Virus record (IMG/VR): IMGVR_UViG_3300013413_000021
Location: 1 to 27,794 of that record
Source of the DNA: a virus
Taxonomy: Duplodnaviria > Caudoviricetes
Strand: one strand, 5' to 3'
Length of the DNA stretch: 27,794 nucleotides
Shown here: piece after piece, positions 17,116 through 26,148 of the stretch
How positions within the stretch are numbered: the stretch's first letter is position 1
Layout of the letters: each line of letters opens with the position of its first letter
The notes under the pieces: model-generated
Seen by the model: the letters and a program-made list of their open reading frames with translations, nothing else
Databases searched by the model: none
What the model was told of the DNA's origin: nothing
Made by a program: the position numbers and the translations under genes

Positions 17116-17301
17116 TTATTCACTATCGCGGCCACCATTTGCTGCCCTTTTCGCGCGGATGCCTTCCATCACCAGCTCGTGCGCTAGGTGGCCTACTCTC
17201 TGGGACGAACAAGCGGCGTGCTCTGCGATCAGCTTCCGGTCCTCATCAGTAACCCTGAAGGAGATGACGTTGTATCGTGGCTTTTCGATCTTCTTGCCCA
17301 T
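17116..17301 (-). CDS. Small ribbon-helix-helix-like regulator
   Basis: YNVISFRVTDEDRKLI strand-helix pattern. Confidence 0.55.
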   Translation of the reverse strand: MGKKIEKPRYNVISFRVTDEDRKLIAEHAACSSQRVGHLAHELVMEGIRAKRAANGGRDSE

Positions 17302-17313
17302 AGCCAACGCCCC

Positions 17314-17532
17314 TCACACCGACAGGACCACTCCGATCACCAGAAACACGAAAACGCCTCCCAGGTAGACCTCGGCAAATGCTCGGTTCACCACCTGCGG
17401 AACCGCACCACGCCCGTCAACCTGCCGCAGATGCTCGTCCCAGACACCCAGCGCTGCAAAGGCCACAGCCCAGATCACCAGCGGGATAAAATTCAAAGCC
17501 ATCACCACATCCTCCCCGAGCTTAGAGCCCAC
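17314..17532 (-). CDS. Small membrane protein with two hydrophobic segments
   Basis: FIPLVIWAVAFAALGVW and VYLGGVFVFLVIGVVLSV; start uncertain. Confidence 0.5.
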   Translation of the reverse strand: MGSKLGEDVVMALNFIPLVIWAVAFAALGVWDEHLRQVDGRGAVPQVVNRAFAEVYLGGVFVFLVIGVVLSV

Positions 17533-17845
17533 TGCATGCTAATCTCCGCTCTCGCTTTTCGTACATATCAGATGTCCTGCAATATATCTCCGAGCATCGT
17601 CTGACCGCCCTCACAAATGTCTCACGGTCCCCACTACTCGCCGCGTCCCGCAACTCGCCATCAGCGCATTTGAGGTTCGATCTCACGTCGGGCCTTTCCT
17701 GCGCCATCCAGAGGTGACACTCGGCAGAGAGGTATGCGCGCAGCACCACCATAAGCCCGTCAGCTACCTTCACCATCCTGGCCCTATCCATCGGAAGAGG
17801 TTGCAGCAACAGAGCAAGTTCAGGTCTCGTCTCCGTGCATTCCAT
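17522..17845 (-). CDS. Hypothetical phage protein
   Basis: 107 aa; GGAGG RBS; packed in the early operon. Confidence 0.6.
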   Translation of the reverse strand: MECTETRPELALLLQPLPMDRARMVKVADGLMVVLRAYLSAECHLWMAQERPDVRSNLKCADGELRDAASSGDRETFVRAVRRCSEIYCRTSDMYEKRERRLACSGL

Positions 17846-17893
17846 CGCTAAGTCCTCCCTTAAACAGACTCGATCCGAAAAACGGAGCTCACC

Positions 17894-18088
17894 TCATCTC
17901 TTTGCCGCACGCTCCGCCTCTGCCACCTGCCGTTTGGTCGGCCTTCCTTTGAGTCGCTCCAGCTCTTTGTTCATCCGCCGGCACTGGCCCAGCACTTTCG
18001 CGACTGTCATAAGCAGGGTGTCCCGATCTTCCGCCCTCATGCATACCACTTGCTGCCCATCTATCACCGTCATCCCACTGGACTGCAT
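17894..18088 (-). CDS. Hypothetical coiled-coil protein
   Basis: MQSSGMTVIDG... with GGAGG RBS. Confidence 0.55.
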   Translation of the reverse strand: MQSSGMTVIDGQQVVCMRAEDRDTLLMTVAKVLGQCRRMNKELERLKGRPTKRQVAEAERAAKR

Positions 18089-18090
18089 TC

Positions 18091-18303
18091 TCACAACCTC
18101 CCACGGTAGCCGTAGTAGGTGCCGCGGCCCCAGCGGGTCGGCACCACTTCGCGCCTGCATAAATGCGCCTGGGGGATCAGGTCCGGCGGAGTGATCCTCC
18201 CCGCTTTGGAGATCTCAGCGATCTCCTCCGGGGTCAGCATCTTCACCTTGGAGGCTGCAAAAGGAGGTTCTGTGCGCCTATCCAATTCAGCCATCAGATT
18301 CAT
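18091..18303 (-). CDS. Hypothetical phage protein
   Basis: MNLMAELDRR...; ATGA overlap with the upstream ORF. Confidence 0.55.
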   Translation of the reverse strand: MNLMAELDRRTEPPFAASKVKMLTPEEIAEISKAGRITPPDLIPQAHLCRREVVPTRWGRGTYYGYRGRL

Positions 18304-18452
18304 GCCGCCACCCCCTCGATGCCACGGTACCAACGCTCCTCGAAGTCGAGGCAGGTTACCACCTCGCCGCGCCCCATGGCGAAGAACAGGCGGCGTGCGA
18401 ATTCGCCCTTTTTGGAGCAGTACCGGTTTCCCTTGCATTTTTCACAGTGCAT
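18300..18452 (-). CDS. Small Cys-rich hypothetical protein
   Basis: MHCEKCKGNRYC...CLDFE; GGAGG RBS. Confidence 0.55.
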   Translation of the reverse strand: MHCEKCKGNRYCSKKGEFARRLFFAMGRGEVVTCLDFEERWYRGIEGVAA

Positions 18453-18555
18453 AAAACCTCCCGGAGAAGAGATCGCGCAGCAGGACAAAATGGCGGTTAC
18501 GGCGCACTGGAAGCCCGAACCCCGGAGAGGTGGGCCGCGCCGCCAAACTGGTGCA

Positions 18556-18783
18556 TCATCGTCCGTCGGACGGTCCTGATTGGCAGTGTTGCAGGTGGGA
18601 ATTCAACGCGAGACAGACATCGTTGAGGGCTGCGGTATGGCGAGTGGCCTTGTTAACCTGGAAGCGGATCTCCTGGGCGCGGGCAGCATCGAACTGTTGG
18701 TCTTGATAATCCATTCTGCCGATCGCCCCGAACACGGAAAATACCGCGGCTACAATGACCAATTTAGAGATTATTTTTTTCAT
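18556..18783 (-). CDS. Small protein with an N-terminal membrane segment
   Basis: MKKIISKLVIVAAVFSVFGAIGRMDYQD. Confidence 0.6.
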   Translation of the reverse strand: MKKIISKLVIVAAVFSVFGAIGRMDYQDQQFDAARAQEIRFQVNKATRHTAALNDVCLALNSHLQHCQSGPSDGR

Positions 18784-18904
18784 GCTGGCCCCCTTGACAA
18801 TGCATTAAAATGTGTAAATCTTTCTGCTGGGATAGTACGCCCCCGCACCGCCACCCACCTCTAAAAAAAACGCCAACTTAAAGCGGCTAACCAAACAACT
18901 GTCG

Positions 18905-19159
18905 CTAATGCGGCAACCGCTTAGACTTTGCCTTGCGCGACCGGTTCCACCGGTCGATCGCCCCCAAGACGTCGTCCGAGGTGCAGATCAGAAGGCAATC
19001 GTAGTCAGTCATCAAGCCCGCGACGCGCTGCTCCTCCTCAGGAGCCGGCTCCGGCTGCCGGGAGGCATGCTCCCCCATCAACCGCTCGATCAGCTCCCGC
19101 TGCCGTTGCATCTCCTCCAGGATTTGCCTGTTCAGCGCGCCCACGCTACTCCTCCCCAT
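18905..19159 (-). CDS. Hypothetical phage protein
   Basis: 84 aa; overlaps the end of the upstream XRE gene. Confidence 0.55.
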   Translation of the reverse strand: MGRSSVGALNRQILEEMQRQRELIERLMGEHASRQPEPAPEEEQRVAGLMTDYDCLLICTSDDVLGAIDRWNRSRKAKSKRLPH

Positions 19160-19700
19160 CGCGGTGATGCCCCTTCCTGATGTTCTCCTGGCGGTGGATA
19201 TCCCGCAGGGTCATATATTTCTCGTGGGTGATCAGCCCATCATCCTCGGACTGCTGCACCACAATCTCCAGGCCGTTCTGCGCCTCTATCACCCTCAGAA
19301 AAAAAGAGTTTAGATAAGAGAGGTATTCAGGGTCATCCCGGAAAGTACTGTTGCAAAGGAGACGCATCATCGACTCCAAAGCCTCGGCCGCCACCGAGAT
19401 CTTCTGGATGGTCTTGATCATGGCAGGGATGGCTCCCGGCACGATGTTGTTGAGGGGCTTGAACTTCTGGATCCTGATCCGGTCCCTCAAGGGGCAGTCG
19501 TTGCAGAATTCGGACAGGAGCTTCCTATCCATGAGCGCATCCGAAATCTTGACCAGATCGAAGACGGAAGGGGGATTTTTCAGGTTGCCCCTCTCCAGAT
19601 CGCAAAGAGCGCTGGAGGAGCTCCCGATCTTCTCGCCCAATTCGGTCAGGGTCATCCCGGCCCGCTGGCGTGCCTCTTTTACCAGGTCACCAATTTTCAT
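19146..19700 (-). CDS. XRE-family HTH regulator (CII-like position)
   Basis: IGDLVKEARQRAGMTLTELGEKIGSSSSALCDLERG; GGAGG RBS. Confidence 0.8.
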   Translation of the reverse strand: MKIGDLVKEARQRAGMTLTELGEKIGSSSSALCDLERGNLKNPPSVFDLVKISDALMDRKLLSEFCNDCPLRDRIRIQKFKPLNNIVPGAIPAMIKTIQKISVAAEALESMMRLLCNSTFRDDPEYLSYLNSFFLRVIEAQNGLEIVVQQSEDDGLITHEKYMTLRDIHRQENIRKGHHRDGEE

Positions 19701-19954
19701 CGCAATTCCTCCAATGTCCCAAGGGCCAACTTTTCCATGCGATCTTTGTCTTGCGGATGATCCATCCAACCCGAGACAAGGCTTTCCCATCCGAGGTACA
19801 CCCCGTACGCCCAGTCGCGGTACAAATCGGCGCGCCTCTTGTTGTCCGATTCGCTACGGTTGCTGTTGTCTTGGCTGGCGCTGGTGAGCAAAGACCTTAT
19901 TTTGTCTTCCGCCTGTTTGGTTACCGCTGCGTAGCTCCAGGATTTGGCCTTCAT
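19697..19954 (-). CDS. Hypothetical phage protein
   Basis: 85 aa; GGAGG RBS; ATGA-coupled to the XRE gene. Confidence 0.6.
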   Translation of the reverse strand: MKAKSWSYAAVTKQAEDKIRSLLTSASQDNSNRSESDNKRRADLYRDWAYGVYLGWESLVSGWMDHPQDKDRMEKLALGTLEELR

Positions 19955-19989
19955 AGCCCCTCCATAGCTGTCATTTGAGCGTCTCGCCG

Positions 19990-20211
19990 TTAAGCCGCCT
20001 CGTCCATCAGCACCAGGACGTCGAGATCCTTCAGTTTTGCCACCACCGCCTGAGCGATCGGAGAATCCATGTGCGGGTACTTCCCGTTCAAGATCCTGCA
20101 GAAAGTCACCTTGTTCACCGGCTCGCCGGCGACCGTAATTCCTCGCGCCACCTTCGCCTGGCTGAACTTCTCGTCAAACCGCGCCTTAGTGGCAGTCCAA
20201 TTGATAAGCAT
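19990..20211 (-). CDS. Cro-like repressor
   Basis: 73 aa with SQAKVAR...TFCRILNG; divergent from the cI-like gene. Confidence 0.7.
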   Translation of the reverse strand: MLINWTATKARFDEKFSQAKVARGITVAGEPVNKVTFCRILNGKYPHMDSPIAQAVVAKLKDLDVLVLMDEAA

Positions 20212-20419
20212 TACGCCGCTCCATAAGCGTTAATTTCTTTTGAATAGCTGCCGCAGCTGTGCTATAACGGCAAACTAAACAAACGTCTAACCTCTAATTA
20301 AAATTAGGGTTTTCGGGAAATCTCCGTCTTTTTTCCCAAAAAACCGAAACAAATGTTATCTAAGAGAACTTATAAAACGGAATAACGCAAAATGCAACAT
20401 AAAAAAACGCAAAAAGCGG
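20212..20419. promoter_or_regulatory. Lysis/lysogeny switch region
   Basis: AT-rich gap between divergent HTH genes; ACGCAAAnnGC operator-like boxes at 20385 and 20407. Confidence 0.6.
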
Positions 20420-20811
20420 AGTTTATCCTCAATGCACTCCGTGAACATTATAAATTGGGCACTTATCGGGATCTAGCGTCTTTTCTTGGTGTCCCATTGA
20501 GTACATTGAGTTCCTGGAAGGCGCGCAACTCGATAAATGAGGATATTATTTACGCAAAGTGCGTAGGGGTGAGTGCGGAATGGCTCAAAACGGGCGAGGG
20601 GAGCATGTTCCCTCAAGAGAGGGGGCCGGAATCAGTCCAGGAATCAACAGAGGAATATGGGGGCTACATTAAAGCAGTCGCGGAGATGATGAGGGCCATG
20701 GACCCCGAGACTCAGAAAGACATTTTCCTTAGTGTTCAGAAAGAGAAACTCCTGCGTGAGCTCCTCACGGAGCGGGGAGAAAAAAGGAAGGTAATCAACG
20801 AATCAAAATAA
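20392..20811 (+). CDS. CI-like phage repressor (HTH only, no S24 peptidase)
   Basis: DLASFLGVPLSTLSSWKARNS...GVSAEWLKTGEGSM. Confidence 0.85.
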   Translation: MQHKKTQKAEFILNALREHYKLGTYRDLASFLGVPLSTLSSWKARNSINEDIIYAKCVGVSAEWLKTGEGSMFPQERGPESVQESTEEYGGYIKAVAEMMRAMDPETQKDIFLSVQKEKLLRELLTERGEKRKVINESK

Positions 20812-20833
20812 TTTTTTAGAGGAGTGGCATTTC

Positions 20834-21376
20834 ATGGGAGCTAAAGCAAAGTTTATCCTATTTATGATGGTTTTACTTTCAGGTTGTGTCACTTTGCAAG
20901 ACCTCGCAAGCCATGTAGACAAAAGTAAATCAGAGTTTGACGGGACAACCCAAATCATGGTGTCCCCGAATTGGGTTGGTAGTTATGCAAAGATGGGCGT
21001 TTTGTGGAACTCAAAAATGCCTAAAGATGAGGTTTTATTACTTGTATCTATTGCTAACAAAGGAAGCATTCAGTCTGATAAGTCTCTACATTTAAATATT
21101 AATGGTAAAATCGTGGATCTTCAGCCAATTGATGAGGCTGCAAAACTTGAGGTTAGTTCGGGCTTTGTTAACCAATTTAGCTACGTCGCTCCATCGACCT
21201 GGTCTACAAGAAGATTCAAAATACCTACATCTTTGATAAAAGAGTTGACCGATGCAAATCAGGCCTTATGGAGAATTGAACTTGGCCAAGAATCCCTTGA
21301 GGGGGCGTTCACACCAGACCATTTTGGTGTTATCAAAGCTATTAGACAATTATTGGGTGATATTGCATCGTCATAA
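20834..21376 (+). CDS. Lipoprotein moron
   Basis: Signal peptide with lipobox LSGC; AT-rich. Confidence 0.75.
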   Translation: MGAKAKFILFMMVLLSGCVTLQDLASHVDKSKSEFDGTTQIMVSPNWVGSYAKMGVLWNSKMPKDEVLLLVSIANKGSIQSDKSLHLNINGKIVDLQPIDEAAKLEVSSGFVNQFSYVAPSTWSTRRFKIPTSLIKELTDANQALWRIELGQESLEGAFTPDHFGVIKAIRQLLGDIASS

Positions 21377-21398
21377 ATGTGAGGTGGAGTATACAAAA

Positions 21399-21878
21399 AT
21401 GAGACATATCATGAAAATACTAATTACCACATTAATATTGTTTTTGTTGACGGGCTGTGCTGGTATGCAAAAAGTGCCGGAGGCAGAGAGAAACATTCAG
21501 ACCGTCCATGAAATAAATCTGAAACAAAATGAAATTTTCGTTAGAACACTAGAATGGATGGCGCAGATATTCAATGACTCTAAATCGGTTGTAGAGATCA
21601 GTGATCGAGAAAACGGTAAAATAATTGGCAAAGGTATCACCGATATAACTCACTTAATTATAAACATTCCTTGCCAATTCACTATGATTGTGGAAGTCAA
21701 GGATGGAAAGTATAGAACCAGCTACAACAATTTCATAGGTATGTGGGGTGAATACAAAAATGACCCCAGACCTGTTGAATATCAAAAAGATGTGGAAGCT
21801 TTAAAAATAAAACTGACTGAAATGGATAACAATCTTTTCTCTTATCTAAGCTCGGCTAAAGTCAAAGAAAACTGGTAA
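21399..21878 (+). CDS. Lipoprotein moron (DUF4468-like)
   Basis: Lipobox LTGC; EWMAQIFNDSKSVVEISDRENGKIIGKG...VEVKDGKYR. Confidence 0.75.
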   Translation: MRHIMKILITTLILFLLTGCAGMQKVPEAERNIQTVHEINLKQNEIFVRTLEWMAQIFNDSKSVVEISDRENGKIIGKGITDITHLIINIPCQFTMIVEVKDGKYRTSYNNFIGMWGEYKNDPRPVEYQKDVEALKIKLTEMDNNLFSYLSSAKVKENW

Positions 21879-21910
21879 GAGGACAAAACAGGAAGGGGGG
21901 AAAGTTGCAA

Positions 21911-22318
21911 ATGATTGACGAAAAGACATTGTGGGAAGGTAAACCTGACATTGCTGCATACTGGCTTCCATTGGTTTTTGCAGGCATGCTGACATTACCG
22001 GCATTGGTCACAATGCATATCGCAGCACTTATTTTTCCTCTTGCTATTTTCGGATTCATACATCTTTGCAGAATTCAATATAATTTTCTTGTCACTGATA
22101 AACGAATTATATGTATGAAAGGTTTAATTTCCAAGAGAACATCTGAGATAGATATAGTAGATATTCGAAGCATTAATGTTAGTCAAGGTTTTATACAGCG
22201 TTTTCTAGATATAGGCAGTTTGGAATTCTCTACTGCTGCCGGCCCATGGAAAGAAGCTGTAATTTTGTATATCAAAGGGCCTGAACGCCTCAAAGAAATA
22301 ATACGTAGTAAGAAGTAA
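21911..22318 (+). CDS. Membrane protein with a bacterial PH domain
   Basis: LWEGKP, two TM segments, VTDKRII..KGLIS, VSQGFIQRFLDIGSLEFSTA. Confidence 0.8.
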   Translation: MIDEKTLWEGKPDIAAYWLPLVFAGMLTLPALVTMHIAALIFPLAIFGFIHLCRIQYNFLVTDKRIICMKGLISKRTSEIDIVDIRSINVSQGFIQRFLDIGSLEFSTAAGPWKEAVILYIKGPERLKEIIRSKK

Positions 22319-22325
22319 TTTTGCC

Positions 22326-23537
22326 ATGTCCGTCAAACCCTATAAAAACAAGCAAGGTGAGGTCGTCCCGCACGCCTGGCTGATCAACTGCTACCCCGCC
22401 GGCCGCAAGGGGAAGGAGATCAAGAAGGTGGTGCGCGATTGCACCGAGGCCCAGGCCAAGCAGCTGGAGTTGGCCCTGATCCGCCAGCACGTGCACAAGA
22501 TCGTGCCTCACGACCCTCTGGTGCGCGACGTGGTCCCCGAGTGGCTGCAGGCCTACGCCCTGGACCACGCGATGAGCACCGTGGGCGACATCGAGCGCGC
22601 CATGCTCCGGCTGCTCCCCCACTTCGGAACCTGGCACCTCTCCCGGCTTACCCTGCCGCTTTTCGAAGACTACATGCGGAAGCGTCAGAAGGACACCTGG
22701 CGTCCGCCGATCCAGAACCCGGACCCGGATAAGGTATATATGTCGCCCAAACCAGTCGGCAAGGGCCGGATCAACACCGAGCTCAAATACATGGGGATGC
22801 TGATCAAGTACGCCGTCGGAAAGAAGTACATGCTCAAGCCCCCTTTCGACATCCCGCAGTTCCGGAAGCTGAAAAAAACTAGCCCAGCACTGCCGACCGT
22901 CAACGAGGTAGATAACCTCCTTCCCAACCTGCACCCCGATGCCTACCTGGCCGTGCTACTCTACCATGACGCCGGCCTGCGCCGGACCGAGGCATTGACC
23001 CTGCGGACAGACGACGTCTACCTGGAAGAAGAGATTTTGAGAGTGATAGGGAAGGGGAACAAACAGCGGACCGTCCCTATCGTCACCGACCGGCTAAAAG
23101 AGGGGCTCGCCAGGAGGCTGCAGGAGATCGAGGAAGGCTACCCTTACCACCGGCAGCTGAAGAACAAGGGGAGCGAGGAAAGGCGCAAGAAAGCCAGGAT
23201 CAACCACAGCAAAAGCGCCTACATGATCCTCAACCCTCAGACCGGCCAACCGTACAAGGACCTCAGAAAAACAATCGAAAATGCCGCGGAGAAGGCAGGC
23301 ATAAACAAGAATATATATAATCATCTCTTCCGTCACACCCACGCCACCCTGTCCCTCGAAGCCGGGGTCGACCTGGTAAGCGTGCAAGAGAACCTCGGGC
23401 ACGCCGACATCGGCACGACCAGAGGATACCTTCAGGCAAGGCTCGGGCATCGGTTGAAAGAGAGCCAGAAGCTGAAGGCCTTCTTGCAGAAAGACAAGAA
23501 GCGCAAGGGTGACGATACTGACAATGGCGAGGCGTAG
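22326..23537 (+). CDS. int: Phage integrase (tyrosine recombinase)
   Basis: AGLRRTEAL, GKGNKQR, HLFRHTHAT, LGHADIGTTRGY; adjacent to a tRNA fragment. Confidence 0.93.
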   Translation: MSVKPYKNKQGEVVPHAWLINCYPAGRKGKEIKKVVRDCTEAQAKQLELALIRQHVHKIVPHDPLVRDVVPEWLQAYALDHAMSTVGDIERAMLRLLPHFGTWHLSRLTLPLFEDYMRKRQKDTWRPPIQNPDPDKVYMSPKPVGKGRINTELKYMGMLIKYAVGKKYMLKPPFDIPQFRKLKKTSPALPTVNEVDNLLPNLHPDAYLAVLLYHDAGLRRTEALTLRTDDVYLEEEILRVIGKGNKQRTVPIVTDRLKEGLARRLQEIEEGYPYHRQLKNKGSEERRKKARINHSKSAYMILNPQTGQPYKDLRKTIENAAEKAGINKNIYNHLFRHTHATLSLEAGVDLVSVQENLGHADIGTTRGYLQARLGHRLKESQKLKAFLQKDKKRKGDDTDNGEA

Positions 23538-23586
23538 TACCCTAATAAAGTGTATAATTACGGTGTGTTAGACGCACAAGTAAGAA

Positions 23587-23632
23587 ACTGGGGGTCTAGT
23601 GGTCGCTGGTTCGAATCCAGTCGCACCGACCA
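23587..23632 (+). other. att core: 3' half of tRNA-Pro(GGG)
   Basis: ACTGGGGGTCTAG-TGGTC-GCTGGTTCGAATCCAGT-CGCACCG-ACCA gives the anticodon loop, T arm, acceptor 3' strand and CCA; D arm and 5' anticodon stem are absent. Confidence 0.88.
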
Positions 23633-23640
23633 ATTAAAAC

Positions 23641-23677
23641 GGGCACTTAGGTTGTTTCTAAGTGCCCTTCTTTTTTT
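23641..23677 (+). terminator. Rho-independent terminator, possibly bidirectional
   Basis: GGGCACTTAG/CTAAGTGCCC 10-bp stem followed by TTCTTTTTTT; short A-tract on the left. Confidence 0.85.
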
Positions 23678-23726
23678 ATCCCGCCTCGCACATCCTCGCA
23701 CGCTTCTGGCGGGGGCTCGCCCGGAA

Positions 23727-25220
23727 TCATGTCAGCCAATGGCTGCTGCTCACGGTGCCCTTGTGGCAGACGTAGGTGGTGGTCGGCGCGCCGGGATTGA
23801 GCAGACAGTTGAACTTCGGCATGGTCATCCGCCTCACCACCTGGTCGGCATACCCTAAACGGTCCGTCTCATTCATTTGCCACTGATCCACAGCCACTAC
23901 CTTTGGCTTCCTCGCGTTTTCCCGGAGGTCCTTCAGCAGCTCCTCGGCGAACTTCCTGGTAAAGCACATGCTGCTGCTCATCCCGCCGGGATCGTGAGCG
24001 GCAAAGACTTGGTCGGGGGTATAACTGAAGGGCGCCTTCAGCAGCAGCATCCCCGAGCGCTGGTTGACGACGTGGTCGTAGCCCTGGCCGAGCAGCTCCA
24101 TGCCCCGGGAGATGTGATGCAGACCGTAGATGTCGTCGTGATCGCACCAGAAGAAGTGCGTGCAGTCCTGGTCAAGCAGATGCTCGAGCGGCTTGGCGTA
24201 CCATTCCTCCTGGGGGACCTGCTCCGGAGTATGGAGCCAAGAGTAACTGTAGTGCCGGTTGACGTCGGCGACGGCCCACTCGTAGCTTTCCGGAGTGCCA
24301 TTCTGGTGGATAGCCACGAGATGAGGGTGCACGATCTGGTTCTCCATCTGCATGGCCAGGAAGCGTGCCAGATCGGGACGGTTATAGGTCGGGCTCATCA
24401 CTCCTATTTTTATGGGTGGCTCAAGTTTCACAGGCATTATCTCCTTCTGGATGCGCTCGACGGTTTCCGCGCCGAATTGTTTTTTGACCGGCTCCATATC
24501 CAGCCCGAGCTCAGTAAATCCTACCACGTAGTTCCTTATCCTGTCCTCATAGACCAGCGGATATGGTGCGCCGGCAACCTTAAAGAGGTGTACCCAGCGC
24601 AGGAAGGGGAGGCAGAGGATTTGCCTCCCAGCTTTGCGATATTTCTCGTGGATATACCCTTCCTCACCGCCGAATCCCCTGAAGTTGGGGCTGAAGCCGA
24701 GCCAGCTGTCCTTGCGGCTTAGCATCAGTCCGCAACCGTGCATGGGGATCTCATACGGCTCGGCGCCAGGGCCCTTCTGACCGGTGCGCCAGGTGCCCCA
24801 CATGCCGTCACTCCCCCATACGGGATCCATGGCATCGGCGGTGGTCCTCAGGTCGTCATAGAGCAGCGGACCCTGCAGGAGATCGCGGCAGTCGTTATGG
24901 TCGGCAATCCATTCCAAAAGGCGCGCGAGCACCCCTGAGGGGAGGAGCACATGGCTGTCCAGGAGGAGAACCCATTCCCCGCTTGCCTCCTCGAACACTT
25001 TCTGTTTGGCGGCAGCCGGGCCGTTTCCTTCAAGGTAACGCACGTATTTCCGTGGCGAGGTGGACCAGCCATTGAGGAACCCCTGGAGATGGTCATCCCC
25101 AAAGTTGTCGACCACCAGAATCTCAACCTCAGATAGATCATGATATAGGCGTAGGGACTGGACCGTGAACCAAACTTCCTCACGGTTTTTGTAGGACGCC
25201 ATGCCGATAGTTAGTCTCAT
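23727..25220 (-). CDS. Two-domain GT-A (family 2-like) glycosyltransferase
   Basis: Domain 1: LVVDN, LLLDSH, GFGGEE. Domain 2: SPTYNRP, FWCDHDD. Confidence 0.85.
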   Translation of the reverse strand: MRLTIGMASYKNREEVWFTVQSLRLYHDLSEVEILVVDNFGDDHLQGFLNGWSTSPRKYVRYLEGNGPAAAKQKVFEEASGEWVLLLDSHVLLPSGVLARLLEWIADHNDCRDLLQGPLLYDDLRTTADAMDPVWGSDGMWGTWRTGQKGPGAEPYEIPMHGCGLMLSRKDSWLGFSPNFRGFGGEEGYIHEKYRKAGRQILCLPFLRWVHLFKVAGAPYPLVYEDRIRNYVVGFTELGLDMEPVKKQFGAETVERIQKEIMPVKLEPPIKIGVMSPTYNRPDLARFLAMQMENQIVHPHLVAIHQNGTPESYEWAVADVNRHYSYSWLHTPEQVPQEEWYAKPLEHLLDQDCTHFFWCDHDDIYGLHHISRGMELLGQGYDHVVNQRSGMLLLKAPFSYTPDQVFAAHDPGGMSSSMCFTRKFAEELLKDLRENARKPKVVAVDQWQMNETDRLGYADQVVRRMTMPKFNCLLNPGAPTTTYVCHKGTVSSSHWLT

Positions 25221-26146
25221 CGTAGGGATTTGACTCCTTTCGGCGTGTTGATAAGGACGATTCCGGTGTCGTCGTCGGTAAGTTCCAGTTCCAAAATACC
25301 GACCGCGGTGTTAATCCGCAGAGCACCCCCAAGTGTGGCACAAAATGCGAGAGGCCCGAAGCTTGTCTGCAAAGCCATCACAGGGACAGCTGGGGCCTGC
25401 GTAGTAGTTGTCGGCGTGGCCATGGTAGTAGTTGGCGGCAGCGAGGACGTGGGCGTGGCCGTGGTGGTTGTGCTGTTGGGGGTCGGTGCTTCAGTGGTCG
25501 ATGTGGTTGTGCCGGGGTCCGATGTAAGCGTCATCACGACTGGAGACCAGGGCTGGTTGGGCGCGGCGGTCGTGGTAGTCGTGCTGCTGGTGGGTGCAGA
25601 GGTGGTCGTGGTGCTAGCAGGTACGGCCGTGGTTGTCGAGTTGGTTACGGTGATGCTGGAGACGGCCGAGGGGTTTGATTGCACGCCCCCCTTGATGGCA
25701 ATCACCCGCACAGAATAGCTCCAGCCGACATTCAGCAAACTGATCGTGCAAGAGAGGGAGCTGGTCGCCACTCTCCCCATTAACCCGCTGGTATTTACTG
25801 AGCTGGGCCAGGATAAGGTATTGTAGGTGTAGTCAACGTAGTATGAGTCGGCCCCGGCGACTGAGTTCCAGGAAACACTGAAGCCTCCGGGCACATTCGC
25901 AAGTATAAGCCCCGCGGGAACGCCTACTGGGGCAGCCGTAGTTGTAGTGGAAGTCGTGGTGGTCGGTACCACAGTGGTAGTGGGCTCAGAAGTAGTGCTA
26001 GTCGTTGTTGAGGCCGGCGCTATGGTCGTTGAGTCAGGGGCCGAAGTCGTGGAGGTTGTTCCAGGAGCAGGCGTTGTCGAAGTCGGCGCAGCCGTAGTTG
26101 TGCTTACAGAATCAAGTAGAAGTGCGAGAAGCTGGTAAATAGACAT
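25217..26146 (-). CDS. Thr/Ser/Pro-rich mucin-like protein with a central FN3 domain
   Basis: TTT runs flank VSWNSVAGADSYYVDY...YSVRVIA; C-terminus INTPKGVKSLR. Confidence 0.75.
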   Translation of the reverse strand: MSIYQLLALLLDSVSTTTAAPTSTTPAPGTTSTTSAPDSTTIAPASTTTSTTSEPTTTVVPTTTTSTTTTAAPVGVPAGLILANVPGGFSVSWNSVAGADSYYVDYTYNTLSWPSSVNTSGLMGRVATSSLSCTISLLNVGWSYSVRVIAIKGGVQSNPSAVSSITVTNSTTTAVPASTTTTSAPTSSTTTTTAAPNQPWSPVVMTLTSDPGTTTSTTEAPTPNSTTTTATPTSSLPPTTTMATPTTTTQAPAVPVMALQTSFGPLAFCATLGGALRINTAVGILELELTDDDTGIVLINTPKGVKSLR

Positions 26147-26148
26147 GA

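Larger units (their letters stand above)
1..23632. mobile_element. Lambda-like temperate phage/prophage; left boundary outside the window
   Basis: Ordered head, terminase, replication, switch, integrase and att modules. Confidence 0.93.

Noticed and set aside
18794-18822. Antisense promoter starting TTGACA
   Set aside because: No convincing -10 at 16-18 bp spacing.
18885-18926. GGCTAAC...TTAGAC as a further attC
   Set aside because: No GTT core or L-box pairing, and far from intI.
19989-19995. cro stop inside GTTAAGC
   Set aside because: Isolated core with no inverse core or hairpin; expected by chance.
23561-23632. Functional full-length tRNA-Pro
   Set aside because: The D arm is missing and the 5' anticodon stem cannot pair with TCTAG; treated as an att core.
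25400-26110. DNA tandem repeat or DGR variable region
   Set aside because: Thr codons vary, so the repeat is at protein level; no reverse transcriptase in the window.
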